64,000 nucleotides of DNA from Candidatus Latescibacterota bacterium (GTDB taxonomy: Bacteria; Latescibacterota; UBA2968; GCA-2709665): the NCBI GenBank assembly GCA_965203805.1, contig OZ241917.1, positions 256,001 through 320,000 of the forward strand, read 5' to 3'. A model generated the notes under the pieces. The model was given only the letters and a program-made list of their open reading frames with translations, ran no database searches and was not told where the DNA came from. Position numbers and translations under genes: made by a program. Positions 63,407-64,000 of the stretch are shown piece by piece (positions within the stretch are counted from its first letter, which is position 1; each line of letters opens with the position of its first letter).

Positions 63407-64000
63407 ATGCTTGTCGATACCCATGCCCATCTGAATTTTCCACAGTTTCTCGGGGAGGAGGAGGCGACGATCCGGCGGGCCCGGGCGGCAGGAGTGGCAC
63501 GCATCGTGAACGTCGGCACAAACCTGGACGTGAGCCGGCGTGCGCTGGACCTGGCTTGCCGGCACGAGGGAGTCTTCGCAACCGTGGGATTCCATCCGCA
63601 CGACGTCGAACTGGCCGACCCGGACGGCTTGGCGGCGCTGGGCCGCCTTGCCGCAAATGAAAACGTCGTGGCGGTGGGTGAGACGGGTCTGGATTTTTTT
63701 CGGGACTATGCGCCTCGACCTCTCCAGGAGCGGATTTTTCGCTTCCACATCAACCTGGCGCTTCAGGCGGGACTTCCGCTCATTATTCATAGTCGCGGCG
63801 CAGAGGACCGGGTGATGGACATCCTTGAGGACGAGGGCGGTCAGGCGGCCGGCGGGGCATTACACTGTTTCGGCGGATGTGAGGGCCAGGCCGGGCGGGC
63901 CGTGGATCTTGGCTTCCATCTGGGATTCGGCGGAACGGTGACCTATAGACGTTCCACGTCGTTGCCTGTGGCGATGGGCACTCCGCCCGATCGGGTGCTT
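63407..64000 (+). CDS. tatD: TatD family hydrolase, 3'-truncated by window edge
   Basis: MLVDTHAHL, GFHPH, VGETGLD, IIHSR, LHCF. Confidence 0.92.
   Translation, partial: MLVDTHAHLNFPQFLGEEEATIRRARAAGVARIVNVGTNLDVSRRALDLACRHEGVFATVGFHPHDVELADPDGLAALGRLAANENVVAVGETGLDFFRDYAPRPLQERIFRFHINLALQAGLPLIIHSRGAEDRVMDILEDEGGQAAGGALHCFGGCEGQAGRAVDLGFHLGFGGTVTYRRSTSLPVAMGTPPDRVL

Overview
Bacterial chromosomal window, GC-rich, apparently from a deep-branching Gram-negative lineage. The divergent rRNA and a C-terminal double EF-hand/dockerin-like domain suggest a Latescibacterota-like organism (inference only). 1-19 kb is accessory: an ABC-type AAA ATPase + DUF4276-like pair, sbcDC, five toxin-antitoxin modules or remnants (two with broken toxins), a heterodimeric ABC exporter, an OprB porin and a TonB-dependent receptor + DUF4249 lipoprotein. 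19-38 kb holds minus-strand metabolic and housekeeping genes (oxidase/dipeptidase cluster, ABC-2 system, nadA, GHMP kinase + GalU-like, trxA, holA, purM, folP, ftsH, tilS). 38-41 kb is a three-gene envelope redox operon: TlpA, a DUF6029-like beta-barrel with a C-terminal CxxGxC motif, and a hidden secreted selenoprotein (in-frame UGA in a UxxC motif with a SECIS-like hairpin) that the ORF track splits in two. 46.8-52.9 kb is an rRNA operon (16S-tRNA-Ile-tRNA-Ala-23S-5S). Its 23S carries a 675-nt group I intron at L1923 encoding an I-CeuI-like LAGLIDADG endonuclease, and shows unusual substitutions in helices 71 and 92. The rest is core: EF-G2, yebC-ruvCAB, tsaB-rimI-holB, metG, tatD. All family assignments come from motif recognition by eye, not from database searches.
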